64,000 bases of DNA. It comes from Zygnema circumcarinatum SAG 698-1b (Eukaryota; Plantae; Zygnematophyceae). Positions 42,901-54,556 of this stretch are shown here, one piece after another (the stretch's first letter is position 1; each line of letters opens with the position of its first letter). The stretch covers positions 4,836,001-4,900,000 of the forward strand of contig CM074806.1 of the NCBI GenBank assembly GCA_037447605.1, written 5' to 3'. The translations under genes were made by a program, and so were the position numbers. The notes under the pieces were generated by a model, which ran no database searches, had not been told where the DNA came from, and saw nothing but the letters and a program-made list of their open reading frames with translations.

Positions 42901-45900
42901 AGCAGCAAGAAACACATGCTTACCAGCCAACGCTTCAAGTTTCCCTGCACATAGATAACAACTCATGGTTTCAATGTCTTGCTTGCTTGCTCGCTCCATG
43001 TAGGCAGGACATTTACCCCACCTTGACTTGGAGACGTGGCAGTTTTTCTCCCTTGCTAAAGGAATCCTTTGGAAGGTTGAGTGCAGTAAGCACCTGTGAA
43101 GGGAGGCACAACCTCCATCTTAATGAGAGTATACTCCTGCGGCAGCACGCCCTCGCCGGCGGCTCGGTCGTGATCTGCGCAGGGCTGCATTTGGGCAGCC
43201 CAACAGGAAGGCAAAGCTCAGAGGGCCCTCAACCTCATTCACAACGTTCGGATCAGAAATGGTAAGGAAACCAACTGCCTTGCAGCTACATGGTGGAGTA
43301 GGCAGCACTATTTCAGGAAGTTACAACTCAGTTGATCCTCCTCACAATGAGGCCACAGAAGGCATCACAGGTTAAACAATGACGGGAAGGATGGTTCGTC
43401 GACTGAGCAATTTTGGAGCTGCTTCTAGGTTTGAAACAGCTGAAAGTTGTGAAGAAGTAGCTAAAAGAATGGTGAGACTTGTTCATATGCTAATCATTTT
43501 CGCTTCTTTAGGGTTTCCGAGGCTAAAAAACCTCAGCGGAAATTGACATGTCTTATTGGAATACGATATATGGCGCAATGTATGTTTGCCTGTACGAATA
43601 TCTATCTGCGCATTTGGTGTAAAGGCCAAAGGACTAATGTGACACACCTGGCCATCCAATGGCGAATAGATGGTATACCTTCGGTCTTTTACCACCTGCA
43701 GCCGAACGTTTCCCAGGCCAGGTGATTCAGTATTACATTAGATGCAAAAGCAGAACTGCAGTCAGTCCCAAAATGCATTCCTGAAAAGCAATTACCAACT
43801 TGAGTTTGCGAAAAATAACATACGGAAAGTGGAATGCAAGCTACGCTGGCTACGTGGAGTAGAACTATGATCTTGACTCGCTTTGCCCAGGTTCCGGAAA
43901 GCCACAATGATTTTCAAGCCGGACTATTATACAATCACCAATGGCTTCAGGTTGTGTCAGAGGACCTAAAAAGTCCCCATTGACTGAGTAGTAGCTTAGT
44001 GCTTCGTTCATATTTGCATGTCTTTCTATTAACACGATTAAGACGACCCAAAAAAGGCTCTTCAATATTCATTTCGGAGTGAACTGGATATAATGCGACC
44101 TCAGGCGCAATCAGACCTACACGCCGGTCTAACGCCGTTTTTGGACACCTGAAAGCACCGAGCATGGCCAAAGCTGGCTCACCCCTGTTCAGCTCATAGT
44201 CTTCTCAACTGACAGCCAAAACACATGACATACCTTGCCCATATTGTACAGTGTTTGGAGTTGCCAGCGGACAAACGAATCATAGAAAGGATTGGCGTCA
44301 GTGGTGATAAATGACCGTCTCCAGTCCACACCCATACCCATGGCCTTGAGATCTTCCTGCTCCCATAGGCAAAGATTACTCATATAGCCGTGATGAGTCA
44401 TGTATCTGCACCAGAGGTAACTTGCAGACGACAATAGATCATCAACCATGAAGCTTCACCCAGAGAGGAGGTCAGGCCTGGCTCTGCCAGGGGTCTTACA
44501 GAAACCTAACCTTAGCAAGCTACCACTGCAGAATGACATGGCTATCTGGAAAAAGGCTGTCTTTGAAAAACCGACAACGTTAGCAGACGAACCAGTCAGT
44601 CAATAGTGGAACGAGAGGCGAACAGTGTGAAAGGCAATGAGAAAGAGCGCATGCAGCAATACGCGTTTTGAGAACTCACGATGGCAAGAGGAGGGAAGTA
44701 GTTCAGCCAGTGAGCTGCGTCACTGAACTTTGCGATTTCTTCTTCTGGCAAACCCATTGCCCTCATAATCTGCCACTGTTTACCCAAGCACATCAGCCAA
44801 CCCAACACAGGTCAAATTCGAACAGGAAAGTGCAAAACGCACGTCTGCTTCTAGAGCTCTAATTCCCAAAAGAAACGCTCATTATTGTCTCGAGCGCTCC
44901 AAGAGTTTCATTATGAGTGTCCTGCTTTTATTCTATTTTTAGTCGTGATGAGACTAGTTTCACTCTATAAGTATGCATATATGAATATGGATTGCATCTA
45001 TCCTCGGATTCTCTCACAAAGGGTTGTTGTATGCACTCTCAGAAATGAAGTCCCATTCTTTTATAGATTCTATAGCTGGGACCACTTATCCTTAGGATTC
45101 CTTAACCTCCAGCACACTCCTCTCTCAAATCGCAGTCATTTGTATCTAGAAGGACACACAAGGTGAGAGAGGAAAAACGAGATGAGACAAAAACTACGGG
45201 CAAGAGTACATGCCTGGTACTTCGCTGATCCACTCTTGGCCGCCGCTTTCGACTGCAATTAGCCGACCCAACTCACAAGATAATATTTTAATACACATGA
45301 TGCTTGTCAGCCCTTTCAATGCTTCCGAATGATCATACTAAGCAAGGCCAGCTATCCCGATGCTAGCAAATTCAAGGTTATTCGATTGACATGCTTAGGT
45401 CAAAAGCATGAATCTCAACAGAAGAATAAGAAAATGACTGTCTAATTAGCGACGAATCACAAACAGGCCTGCCCGCTGACGGTTGACCAGAGAACGGGCA
45501 GGAGAACCAACTGACCCAAACTTGCTGAATGCCTTTCTTTCTGAAAAATAGTCACTTCAGCCTGACAAATATTGCCAAAACCGCAACCAGAAAATGCCTT
45601 GTAGTCTATCCATCACTGGCCTCCTTAGCATCGTCCGGAGTGCAAAGTTATGGGCTAGGAAGCGAGGCCATCAGCAAAACCAGAATAACGTAGCATAATA
45701 GGAGCTGTGAATCTTCCCTAGAAACAAACTCACCTTCTTGCTCTTAAACTTGGTCGGCTCCCCTGTTTGCTGGGATGGCGAAGCCTCTGCTGCCACAGGT
45801 GGTTGCTCTTCAATCTCAGCATCTTCCTCCGAAGGGAACGTCGGAGGGTTTCCAAACATCGCAATTTCCCTTCTTAGCTTATCCGCACAAGCCTGTGATG

Positions 45901-47281
45901 TCAAAACACAGTCACGAACTCACAGTCACATTCACGTGACGTAAATGGCATTACGTCACGAACTTCCACGCAATGGTGCACGCACAACGCAAGTTTGAGA
46001 GAGCAGATGTGAGGCACCTTGATAGGCATGCCAGTGCAGTGGAACCCGAAAGGGAAGAGCACATTGTAGCCTTTCAATCGATAAAATGCTGCAGCAAATT
46101 CCAACTGTCGGACAGCAACAAACATACAAAAGTCAAAATCAATGGTCCCACAATGACCGCATAAACTTTCTCTCCGACTGATTGAATATATGGAATATAT
46201 AGACTTTTCAAGAACACCCAAGATTTGTAAAATAAAGCCATTTGGAACACACCTCAGAGCTTTTCAATTTTTTTAATTGCCGTCTCAGAATTTACCGAAT
46301 TTGGATTCAACAATGAATGACATGCACATGATCCATTAGCTTTAACTCCATCCAACAATTAAACAGAAACATGCGGAACCTCGGCAATGTACAGGAGACA
46401 TTGGCTTTCCAGAAAAACGGACATAAGTTTTTATCTCGTAAACTTCAGTTTTGTTCACTTCGGCGAACCAGGGCACATACTTTCTCGCCCAGTGCAAAAA
46501 GTTAAGGTGGCATGTTCTGAATGTTTAAATTGATTGAGTACAACACGTTAGAACAACTTCATGTAAGACATGGTACAGTCTAAAGGTTGACATGAGAAGA
46601 GTATAGCGAGGGGAAGGATTAAAAGGAGGAGGAAGAATTATGCTCTCAAGCTTGGCGCTGTTAAAAGCTCCTCATTCGCGCTAGACAACACGGCATCAAT
46701 TTTTAGGCCTTAATAGCAGATTGCTGCGAACTATGATGTTTAAAAAAAATATGAAATTGTACCTTGGTGAGGGTGAAAGCGTGACCGAGATGCAATAGGC
46801 CATTCATATAAGGGTATGGAAAATTGCCAAAAAATTTCTCCCCATCTTTGGGCTTCTCGCGCTTTGCCTCCGCCTCAAACACTTTTCCTTCGTCCCACTT
46901 CTTCTGAACCTCGCTCTGAATTTTAAGAAGAAGATCGCGACGGACATGACTTTTTGGCTCCTGCGTGTTGGAAAACGCTTCACCAGAATGAGGCCAGTGC
47001 AGTCTTTAATGCGTGTCCAAATTCTTCGCTCAGTCCGGTGAAAAAATGAATAAGCCGCAATACCAGATGCTCTCTGCTTACAGTATGCCATAACTAAGAT
47101 GCATAGAATCGGAGTTGCCTGATTAAGAGGTTTTTTTGGAGAATCATTTGAGGAAGCTAATTTCGAAGGTTACAGCTTAGAAATTTGAATTATCCTCAAG
47201 CATCTGGATAGGTCGATGCAAGCTGTCACAAAATGAACGGTGTAGCGGTGAGCTCACAGCTTTGTCCCCCACTGCCGCCAT
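36967..47281 (-). CDS. LARS1: Leucyl-tRNA synthetase, cytosolic (multi-exon); probably continues into the GST domain to 35615
   Basis: [14 protein letters not shown] (HIGH-type), [41 protein letters not shown] (CP1 editing domain), [29 protein letters not shown] (KMSKS) and a plant-like C-terminal PGSPIAVF. Confidence 0.97.
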
Positions 47282-48254
47282 TGGGGCCGCGCAAAGGGCA
47301 CAGCCCTGCGTGCTCTGTTTGCCGGCCACGCCCACGCCCACGCCCACGCCCGCAGAGCGCGCAGCAGCGAGCAGCAGCAGCGAGCAGGCCCTCACTGCAG
47401 CAAAGGGCCTCTTCCTCCTCGCGGCTCCGAACCCCCCTCCCTCCCTCCCTCCCTCCCTCCGCGCCGTACGCTCACTCTGCGGACACCGTACGGCAGGGCG
47501 GGCTGCGGCGCACCAGGATTATAGATCCGTATGTATCAAACGCGTCGTATATACAGTACGACATCTTAAAGGAAAGTGTTATTTACACTCATCTTTGGAT
47601 GAAAACACTCACTTTTTCACAGGGCAGCTTGTACAAAGGATTTAAAGCGAAAAATGCTGTTTCATACTTTTGTAGAATAGATACAGACCTTTTTCGTCCG
47701 GTGTACGGATGGTGATTTGAATGTACAGTACTACAAAGTACAAGGGCGCGACACGTGGAGTGACTTGATTGGTCGCGGCGACATATGACGTGACAAGTAT
47801 GTTTGGGACCGTGACGTGACGAAACGAGACGTGAAAAAAGTGGAGTCCGCGGACGGCAGTCGGAAATGGCGGGAAAAAATATTGACAAACCCTAAAAACC
47901 CATTTTAGGGTTTTTCAACGTCCATAAGGAGACTTTTTGATATAAGAAAATCTCCAGCCACACCATGGCTGGGGTACGCTTCAAGAAACTTCTGTCATTT
48001 GATATGTCCAACATCTTGTTCACTTCGTCGCGCTCTTCTTTCTGCTGCCTGAATGCTTTTATCATCCTTAACAACATCTTGCCTAATCCAATGCCTGAAT
48101 GATTACTAAAGCCTATCCAAGAGGCTTGCATCAGAGCAAACTCGAGTTGATCCTCCACGTGTGAGGGATCCAAGCGCATGTAGCCCAGCCGCCAGGGTTC
48201 CTGGCTATATGCTGCAAAGAGATCCACCACATCACCCAAACCCTTTGATCAATT

Positions 48255-48480
48255 TCTATCACAACTAATAACTAGTTTTTAGTCACAACCAATATCTGCT
48301 TCTAATCACAACCAATAACCGATTTCCAATCACAATCAATAATCGGTTTCTAGTCACAACTAATAACTAGGTTTCAGTCATAACCGGTTTCTAATCACAA
48401 CAAATAACCAATTTTTAGTCATAGTCAATAACTAGTTTTCAATCATAACCAATAACCGAGTTCTAATCACAGTCAATAAT
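48255..48480. repeat. Degenerate ~24-bp minisatellite (CTAATCACAACCAATAACCGGTTT-like) x ~10 inside the MULE
   Basis: Repeated TCACAAC.AATAAC cores, followed by a purine-rich GAA/AAA tract at 48481-48620. Confidence 0.85.
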
Positions 48481-48704
48481 GGACGAAAAAGAAAGAAGAA
48501 AAAAGAAAACAAAGACGAAAATGAAGAAGAAAAAGAAAACAAAGACGAAAATGAAGAAGAAAAAGAAAAAAACGAAGAAGAAGAAGAAAGAGAAGGCGAA
48601 GAAGAAAAAGAAAAAAAGAGGCACAAAATTACCCTAGGTTCAACCACCAAGACACCCCTAGAAACATTTGTAAAGTTCTTTCATTGATAATAATGGCCTT
48701 CTAC

Positions 48705-51366
48705 GAATAAGATCTTGAGTTGTGCCCTGATTGACTACAAACTTTACACTTGCGTCCTTCTACGTATTTGAAGTAAGAATTATTTTTTGTGGCACTTGTC
48801 TTATTCTTAACATTTACAAGTCTCGCGTTTTTTAACTAGACTGTGGGTTCTTCAATCTAAACATTAAGCATATCCAAGAGCTGATTGATGCAAGCAATAA
48901 AGTTGTCTCTCGAGGATTCTTAGTATCAACTACTTACTATAGGGTAGTCGTCAACTCCTGCATAAATAAACTTGTTGACAATACCAGTAGTTGTGGTTGC
49001 GCAATTACATCGACGCTTGGAGGGGTCGAAGGGTTTTTGTCCAACAATCATTGTTCATGAATGTCTTGCAAACGGATTGGAGTTTCTGTTTCCAAACAAC
49101 CTTGAATGTAATGATAACAAAGCAAACCACATGATTTTGTGAACTGTATAGAGCATGGTTGCTCCTCATGTCCCCCTTTCTCAACAAGCTCTAACTGTCC
49201 CAACAACTTTTCCATAGCAAAATCAGAGATCTTGTAAATCAAATATTTGAAGCACTCGTGCTTGAAACAAAATAATGCGCCAAATGTAACAAGCCGTGAG
49301 CCCAAATGCTCCCAGCCTGCTAGCGGAAATTACTTGAATGAAATAATGTTGGTTTCCAGGTTGAAGCAAGGTTTCCAATCCGAGTTTAGACAGATTGAAC
49401 CAAATTGAAGATCAAACTTCTGCTTTTCAATAGCAACATTGAGTTCTACATTTTGATTAGCCAACATCAATCCCCACCGCTTTGTTGTCAATAATAGATA
49501 CAATAATCCGACACAGAGATACGACTTAATCACGTCGTAGTTTCTTTCTACTCGAGATATGTTAACGCTACCAAAATGAGGTTTTTATCCACGAAATAAG
49601 CCACAAATTTCTCCTTGTGTGGCATCTACATCGTGTTTATATAATGCTAGGCATTTGGGTTCCATTCTAAGTAGGTCTCCTTAAACACACCTAAAGCAGT
49701 ATAAAATAGTTCAACCGACGTACTAAAAACAACTAAATTCCATAACTCCATAAATTCTTGCTACTTAACATTAGAGAAGCCTGTAATAAGCAAGTACGTT
49801 CTTATTGATGTGCCAACAACAAAGGATGTTTTGGCAACTCGAAAAGACTCGTGCAATTCCATTCATCAAGGCCAACTCTCGATCCGTGCATAGGACCTTG
49901 GGAGTCACAACCTCAAAAAACTGTTATAGAGCCTAAGTGTATGCCTTTGCATTTTCTTCATGTAAAAATGCAAAGCCAACGTTGAATATCACATATATAG
50001 ATGTGATGCCAACCACATTCAAGAGAGGCATGCCAAACTTCAATCTGATAATTTGTGCATGAAGAATACGCAGATAAAAACACCTCCCACTAATTGTATT
50101 CTGCTAAAATAGTCAGTGCAAGAAATCAGCTCCACCATTGCCTTAATGGCTTTACGACCCTTAACTCTTCCGTTCGAGTAGCCACAAGCTCATTACAAAT
50201 GTCTCTTGTTGTAGAGTGGCTATTTGCAAACTCTTTACAAAGGATACAAATAATATCCTTTGGTGATAAGCTTAACAAAACCAGTTTTTGCACTTTCACC
50301 TTTTCTAACATGCCTAAGCGACAAGTATAGCAAAACGCTACAATCACCTAAGGGAAGCGTACTTAAGACGCGCACCATCCTAATATCCTCACCGCAATAC
50401 TCACCAAATGGTTCAAATATCAAGGATCCCATAAGATCGCAAAAAGCCTTAGGTTTGAACCTTACATATAAGCAAGTGTTCAAAAACGAGTGTAAAAGTG
50501 TCGTATGGTACCTCACGCCACATTGACCAAATGTCAAGAGTGACTTTTTAATCCGACATGGTCAGTGGTATTTTTGGACCATCAAATCCTTTTTTGAAAT
50601 CCATCGGTCTTTTTTCGTACACATATAGGTAACCGTTGGTATAAATCGACTCACAGTCAATATCATATACTACACACAGGGTCTGGCTGTGCATCACCGC
50701 ATAACGATACGCCGCAACGTATAGTGACCCATCAAATACGGCAGGACAGGTCCTCACCTGATTTTTTGGGTCAAAAGTTACCACGTGGCTACACGCTATT
50801 AGACCGTCCTGCTTTTAATCCCTATGTTAATAGGGGGGTCGATAGGGGAAGCATGTAAGGGCGAGGATGATTGTCGTCATCCAACCATTGTACTCGCATT
50901 CAGTTACGACCCTGCTCAAAGCTTTCTCTCTCTCTCAAGTGTCTTCAAATGCAGGCCTGAGCATAATTACGCAAGTGGCTGAGCATAATTACGCAAGTGG
51001 CTGACAAAAGGCTGTTAATTGTTACAACGAATGATTGAATGACCTGCCAAGTTCAAAATTACGCAAGTGACTGACAGAAAGCTGTCAATTGTTACAACGA
51101 ATGATTGAATGACCTGCCAAGTTCAAAGCCACCTCGTGGTTGTTATTGTCAGATATCTTCCAAACCGCCCACAATTCTTCTACCAAGGTGCAAACGATCT
51201 GAAACTTATAGCCTCTTTTCTTGGTGCACGTCTCTGTTTGGCGCATTCTATCTGCCAGGTTTCGAGCATTTCTATACTCCCAACCTCGATTACAGTCCAC
51301 CCGTTTCTTTGTACTACACTTATAGCGAGGACAACTTCTTCCTGTATATACCTCCGGCAGACGCAC
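48705..51366 (-). pseudogene. Decayed MULE (FAR1/Hop-type) transposase
   Basis: Minus-strand fragments in the expected order: FAR1/WRKY-like DNA-binding domain (RYKCS...TKKRGYKFQI...W.V...NNH), SPKDII..L..EF...TTRDI.N, DDE core (KFGMPLLNVVGIT...GFAFLHEE...Y, TDRELAL, CWHINKNV), SWIM-like C...F...GLLCYH and zinc knuckle RKCKVCSQSGHNSR. Many stops and frameshifts. Confidence 0.9.
50326..51026. mobile_element. Solo-LTR-like insertion interrupting the transposase
   Basis: Removing it rejoins the transposase (...LAGHSII R|RLGMLEK...). Ends are TATAGC (degenerate TGTAGC)...GTTACA with a degenerate 5-bp TSD ACAAG/ACGAA. A ~70-bp tandem duplication overlaps the right end. Confidence 0.55.
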
Positions 51367-51711
51367 TCAAAAACCCTAAAATAGGTTTTTAGGGTTTGTC
51401 AATATTTTTTCCCGCCATTTTCGACTGCCGTCCGCGGACTCCACTTTTTTCGCGTCTCGTTTCGTCACGTCACGGTCCCAAACATACTTGTCACGTCATA
51501 TGTCGCTGCGACCAATCAGGTCGCTCCACGTGTCGCGCCCTTGTACTTTGTATACGCGCACGCTTCGTACATTCAAATCACCATCCGTACACCCGACGAA
51601 AAAAGGTCTGTATCTATTCTACAAAAGTATGAAACAACATTTCTCGCTTTAAATCCTTTGAAAAAATTGCCCGGCGTAAAAGTGAGTGTTTTCATCCAAA
51701 CATGAGTGTAA

Positions 51712-52035
51712 GGGTGGGGTTCCATCAGCCCGTTATTCCGACGTGGCGTCGTAATGGACGACGACCCATGGGTTCCATGAGGCCGTTTCCGCCGACGTGG
51801 CGCCGACGTGGCGCCACGTGGTAACGAGGCACCGTTCCACAGGATGCTGCTCCGGAGGTGGTGTAACGCCATTACGACCATTCGCGTGCCGCCACGTGGC
51901 TACCGAAGATCCGCCAGCGTGCGACTGCCACGCTGGCCAACGGCGTTCTGATGGAACTCGTCGTTCCATCTGAAAACGGCATCCTACGTGGACCGTAACA
52001 AGCTCGTTACGAAACGGGCTGATGGAAACCCACCC
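51712..52035. mobile_element. Tourist-like (PIF/Harbinger) MITE, 324 bp
   Basis: 23-bp TIR GGGTGGGGTTCCATCAGCCCGTT / AACGGGCTGATGGAAACCCACCC (one mismatch) with a TAA target-site duplication (51709-51711, 52036-52038). Confidence 0.95.
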
Positions 52036-53336
52036 TAAGTAACACTGTCCCGTTTTAAAATACAGTGTACTGCTAAGTTCATGACATGCCTTCAGGCAAG
52101 TAGTGACGCTGACAACATGAGCATGCTGCTTAATATTTTTTTAAGCCTTTTCTCCTGGTGGCATCCGCTAAGTGCCTACTGCCAAACATTTTTTGGCAGC
52201 ATTACCATTTCTTAGTAGCGAATGAGAGATAATGTTGAAGTACCTAAAGCATGTCGTATGACTAGTCATTTGAATTTGAATAGCTTTTCACTCTGCTTTC
52301 CGTTGTTTCACAATCTCCCAGGGGGGGTTCGGCACTCAAGAAAAGGCACCAACATCGCTCTTCTGAAGGCACGCAACGAGAGATTGGTACCGTGTGCAAA
52401 AGTAAGTCGGTTGTTATCTACCGTTAAGCCTATTCAGGCCTACTCATCCTAGAAAGACTATGACGGTGCATTGTGAGCCCCCCTTTTCAGGACGCTTAAA
52501 GGCCAAACTGCAACCAATGTCCTCTGGGGTTTCGAAACTGGAAGCAGACTTCACAAGCAAGTTTTAGGATCTGCAACAACATGCTGTTGCCAAACAAATT
52601 TAAAGATTTTGCCATCGTAGCAGAAGTACAGGGGAGCAATGTCAAAATAGCAAAACATGTTATTGATAAAGCAAACAGAAACGAACGGCTTTGAAAACTT
52701 TTCTCACATAGGTCAGTGACCCCAGGCTCATTCGCCCACAGGCTAAAGAGCCAAAACATTTGAATCTTTCCTAAGCAGAGCAAACAGAATGAGAGATCCA
52801 CTTTCCGGAATAGCAGAAACGGCACTCAGAGAATCTCCTTTAAGCGTTTGGCAATTGATCTTCCCAACTTCAATCCTGCACTAGGCGAACACAACATCAG
52901 CCGTCATTAGCGCTATCCGAGTCAGGCAAGTATACATAGGAGAAGGACTATCAGCGACCTTTCATCAACCAGAGTCATAGCAATGAATAGATGATGACTT
53001 CAAAGCAATAGCTTTATAAAATGTCTCGTAATCATGAACAGCTAAACAAATCGACCACTGCACCCAACACCAACGAGATATGATGGGTAGGGGATAAATG
53101 ACCGTTCATACTTACCGTGAATTTGCAAAGTCGCGAGGAGTGGTATTGGTTCATAACATAATGGTGCAAATTGACCATAACCATACACCAAATTACAAAG
53201 TCGCTGTTCGGTGTCTTTCAAAGCCAGTGGCTCCAATTCGAGGATGCTGCTGGACAGATGAAGCTCGCTTGGCACTGGCAAGGAGAAAGGTAGCTTAAGC
53301 CATTTGAGTCCTATTTAGATGCTGTGAGGTTTGCTG

Positions 53337-54311
53337 TCACGAGCTGAGCCCCATTACACCAGCTCTTTGAACAACATAGTTGCAAGACGATTGTGGCAAA
53401 TGAGGAGCAAATATTACTTGCATCCGTCGCCTGGGATTGGTATCTCCTTCGCTAACTCCTTGCTCAGTGCCATATTGCATGCTTGGGGAAAAGAATGACG
53501 GAAGTCTTGAAAGGAGAATTCTGCTAGTTACACAGTTGGCCCAGCCAAGGCCTAAGGCTGGCATATAGCGACCTTGACAGCCGTTCATACACATTAGAAT
53601 TCCTTCACAGCTAGCTTCTTTGTCAGTCATCGAATCAGTCACCTGGTTCGTGATCACAACAGCCAAATCATACTGCTCTGCATACCGCTTCAAGCAGATA
53701 GATAAGCGGAAAAGCGCTGCAGCTCTTTTGGACAATTCTGCTACATTGTTATCGAACTCTGTCCGGAAAAGGTTTGCCAGGGAGTCAATTACAATAATCT
53801 TGACTGGAAAACGAATGGGCTGCTGCAACCGTATCGGCAACAGCCACTCAAGATACCCTTGCAGCTCCTGCATAGTCTTGAATTCCTCCAAAAACACGTT
53901 TTCACAGGGATCACCTGTGGCATTTGAGGTGCTTGATATTTCCATCTTATCAGCCGCTTTCCAGCCGATACGACGGCTGTATAAAGGAGCAAGCTCTTGC
54001 AATCGCTGGAATGGGAAACGGCCTTCAGTGTAAATGTAAAGAGCGCTTCCGGCTAAACCACCGCAATGAACAGGCAGCTGCACAGTCAGCGCAAGCTGCA
54101 AGCACAACTGCGTCTTCCCAGCTGTACTTTCACCTGCCAGCTCTGTCACGCTTCTTGTAGGAATGCCTCCCCCCAGCAGACCGTCCAGAATTGCGCAGCC
54201 AAGCGTGCACTTGGAGGCGACGTCAAGAGAGGAGAGACGCCTTGGCAGTACCTTCCTGCCGCCCTGCTCGGCCTCCAGAGGAAACAGCGGCGGTGGCACC
54301 TGCGGCCGCAT
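53337..54311 (-). CDS. XRCC3: DNA repair protein XRCC3 (RAD51 paralog), single coding exon
   Basis: KCTLGCAILDGLLGGGIP, Walker A GESTAGKTQLCLQL, LYIYTEGRFPFQRL, Walker B IIVIDS, VVITNQV, PALGLGWANCVTSR and a C-terminal RRMQVIFAPHLPQSSC typical of XRCC3. Confidence 0.93.
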   Translation of the reverse strand: MRPQVPPPLFPLEAEQGGRKVLPRRLSSLDVASKCTLGCAILDGLLGGGIPTRSVTELAGESTAGKTQLCLQLALTVQLPVHCGGLAGSALYIYTEGRFPFQRLQELAPLYSRRIGWKAADKMEISSTSNATGDPCENVFLEEFKTMQELQGYLEWLLPIRLQQPIRFPVKIIVIDSLANLFRTEFDNNVAELSKRAAALFRLSICLKRYAEQYDLAVVITNQVTDSMTDKEASCEGILMCMNGCQGRYMPALGLGWANCVTSRILLSRLPSFFSPSMQYGTEQGVSEGDTNPRRRMQVIFAPHLPQSSCNYVVQRAGVMGLSS

Positions 54312-54556
54312 GGAGGGAAGGCCCTGCACCGCTAGTGCAAACCCTCAAGGCGCATTGCGCAGAACGCAGAGCGCAGAGCGCAAAGCGCAAAGCGCACAAG
54401 CGGGAGCGGAGCAGGCCGGTCCGAAGGGAGGAAGATGGGCGCAGGTACCGTTCTTGCGGACGCCGCGGTTCGCGCCCGAGGGACGCCCTGCGGTTTTTCC
54501 CGCCATAGGTGGTAGTGGAGTGTGCGGCCTCTCCGTCCCGCAGCCTTGAGGGAGCG

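Larger units (their letters stand above)
47571..52050 (-). mobile_element. Mutator-like element (MULE, ~4.5 kb) with ~345-bp TIRs and decayed transposase
   Basis: Left TIR 47571-~47918 (GGAAAGTGTTATTTACACTCAT...) matches the right TIR ~51366-51711 plus 52039-52050, which is split by a MITE. Degenerate 9-bp TSD CATCTTAAA / CGTTTTAAA. Confidence 0.93.

Noticed and set aside
48255-48480. Regularly spaced ~24-bp repeats as a possible CRISPR array
   Set aside because: Units are head-to-tail without unique spacers, the context is eukaryotic and there are no cas genes. The same applies to 26907-26972.
50235-50784. Short ORFs with a kelch-like 'FDGSLYV' segment
   Set aside because: They lie in the LTR-like insert, have non-ATG starts and show no repeated kelch pattern.
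52100-53330. Short ORFs between the MULE and XRCC3
   Set aside because: No recognisable motifs or consistent exon chain. Likely XRCC3 3' UTR or intergenic.
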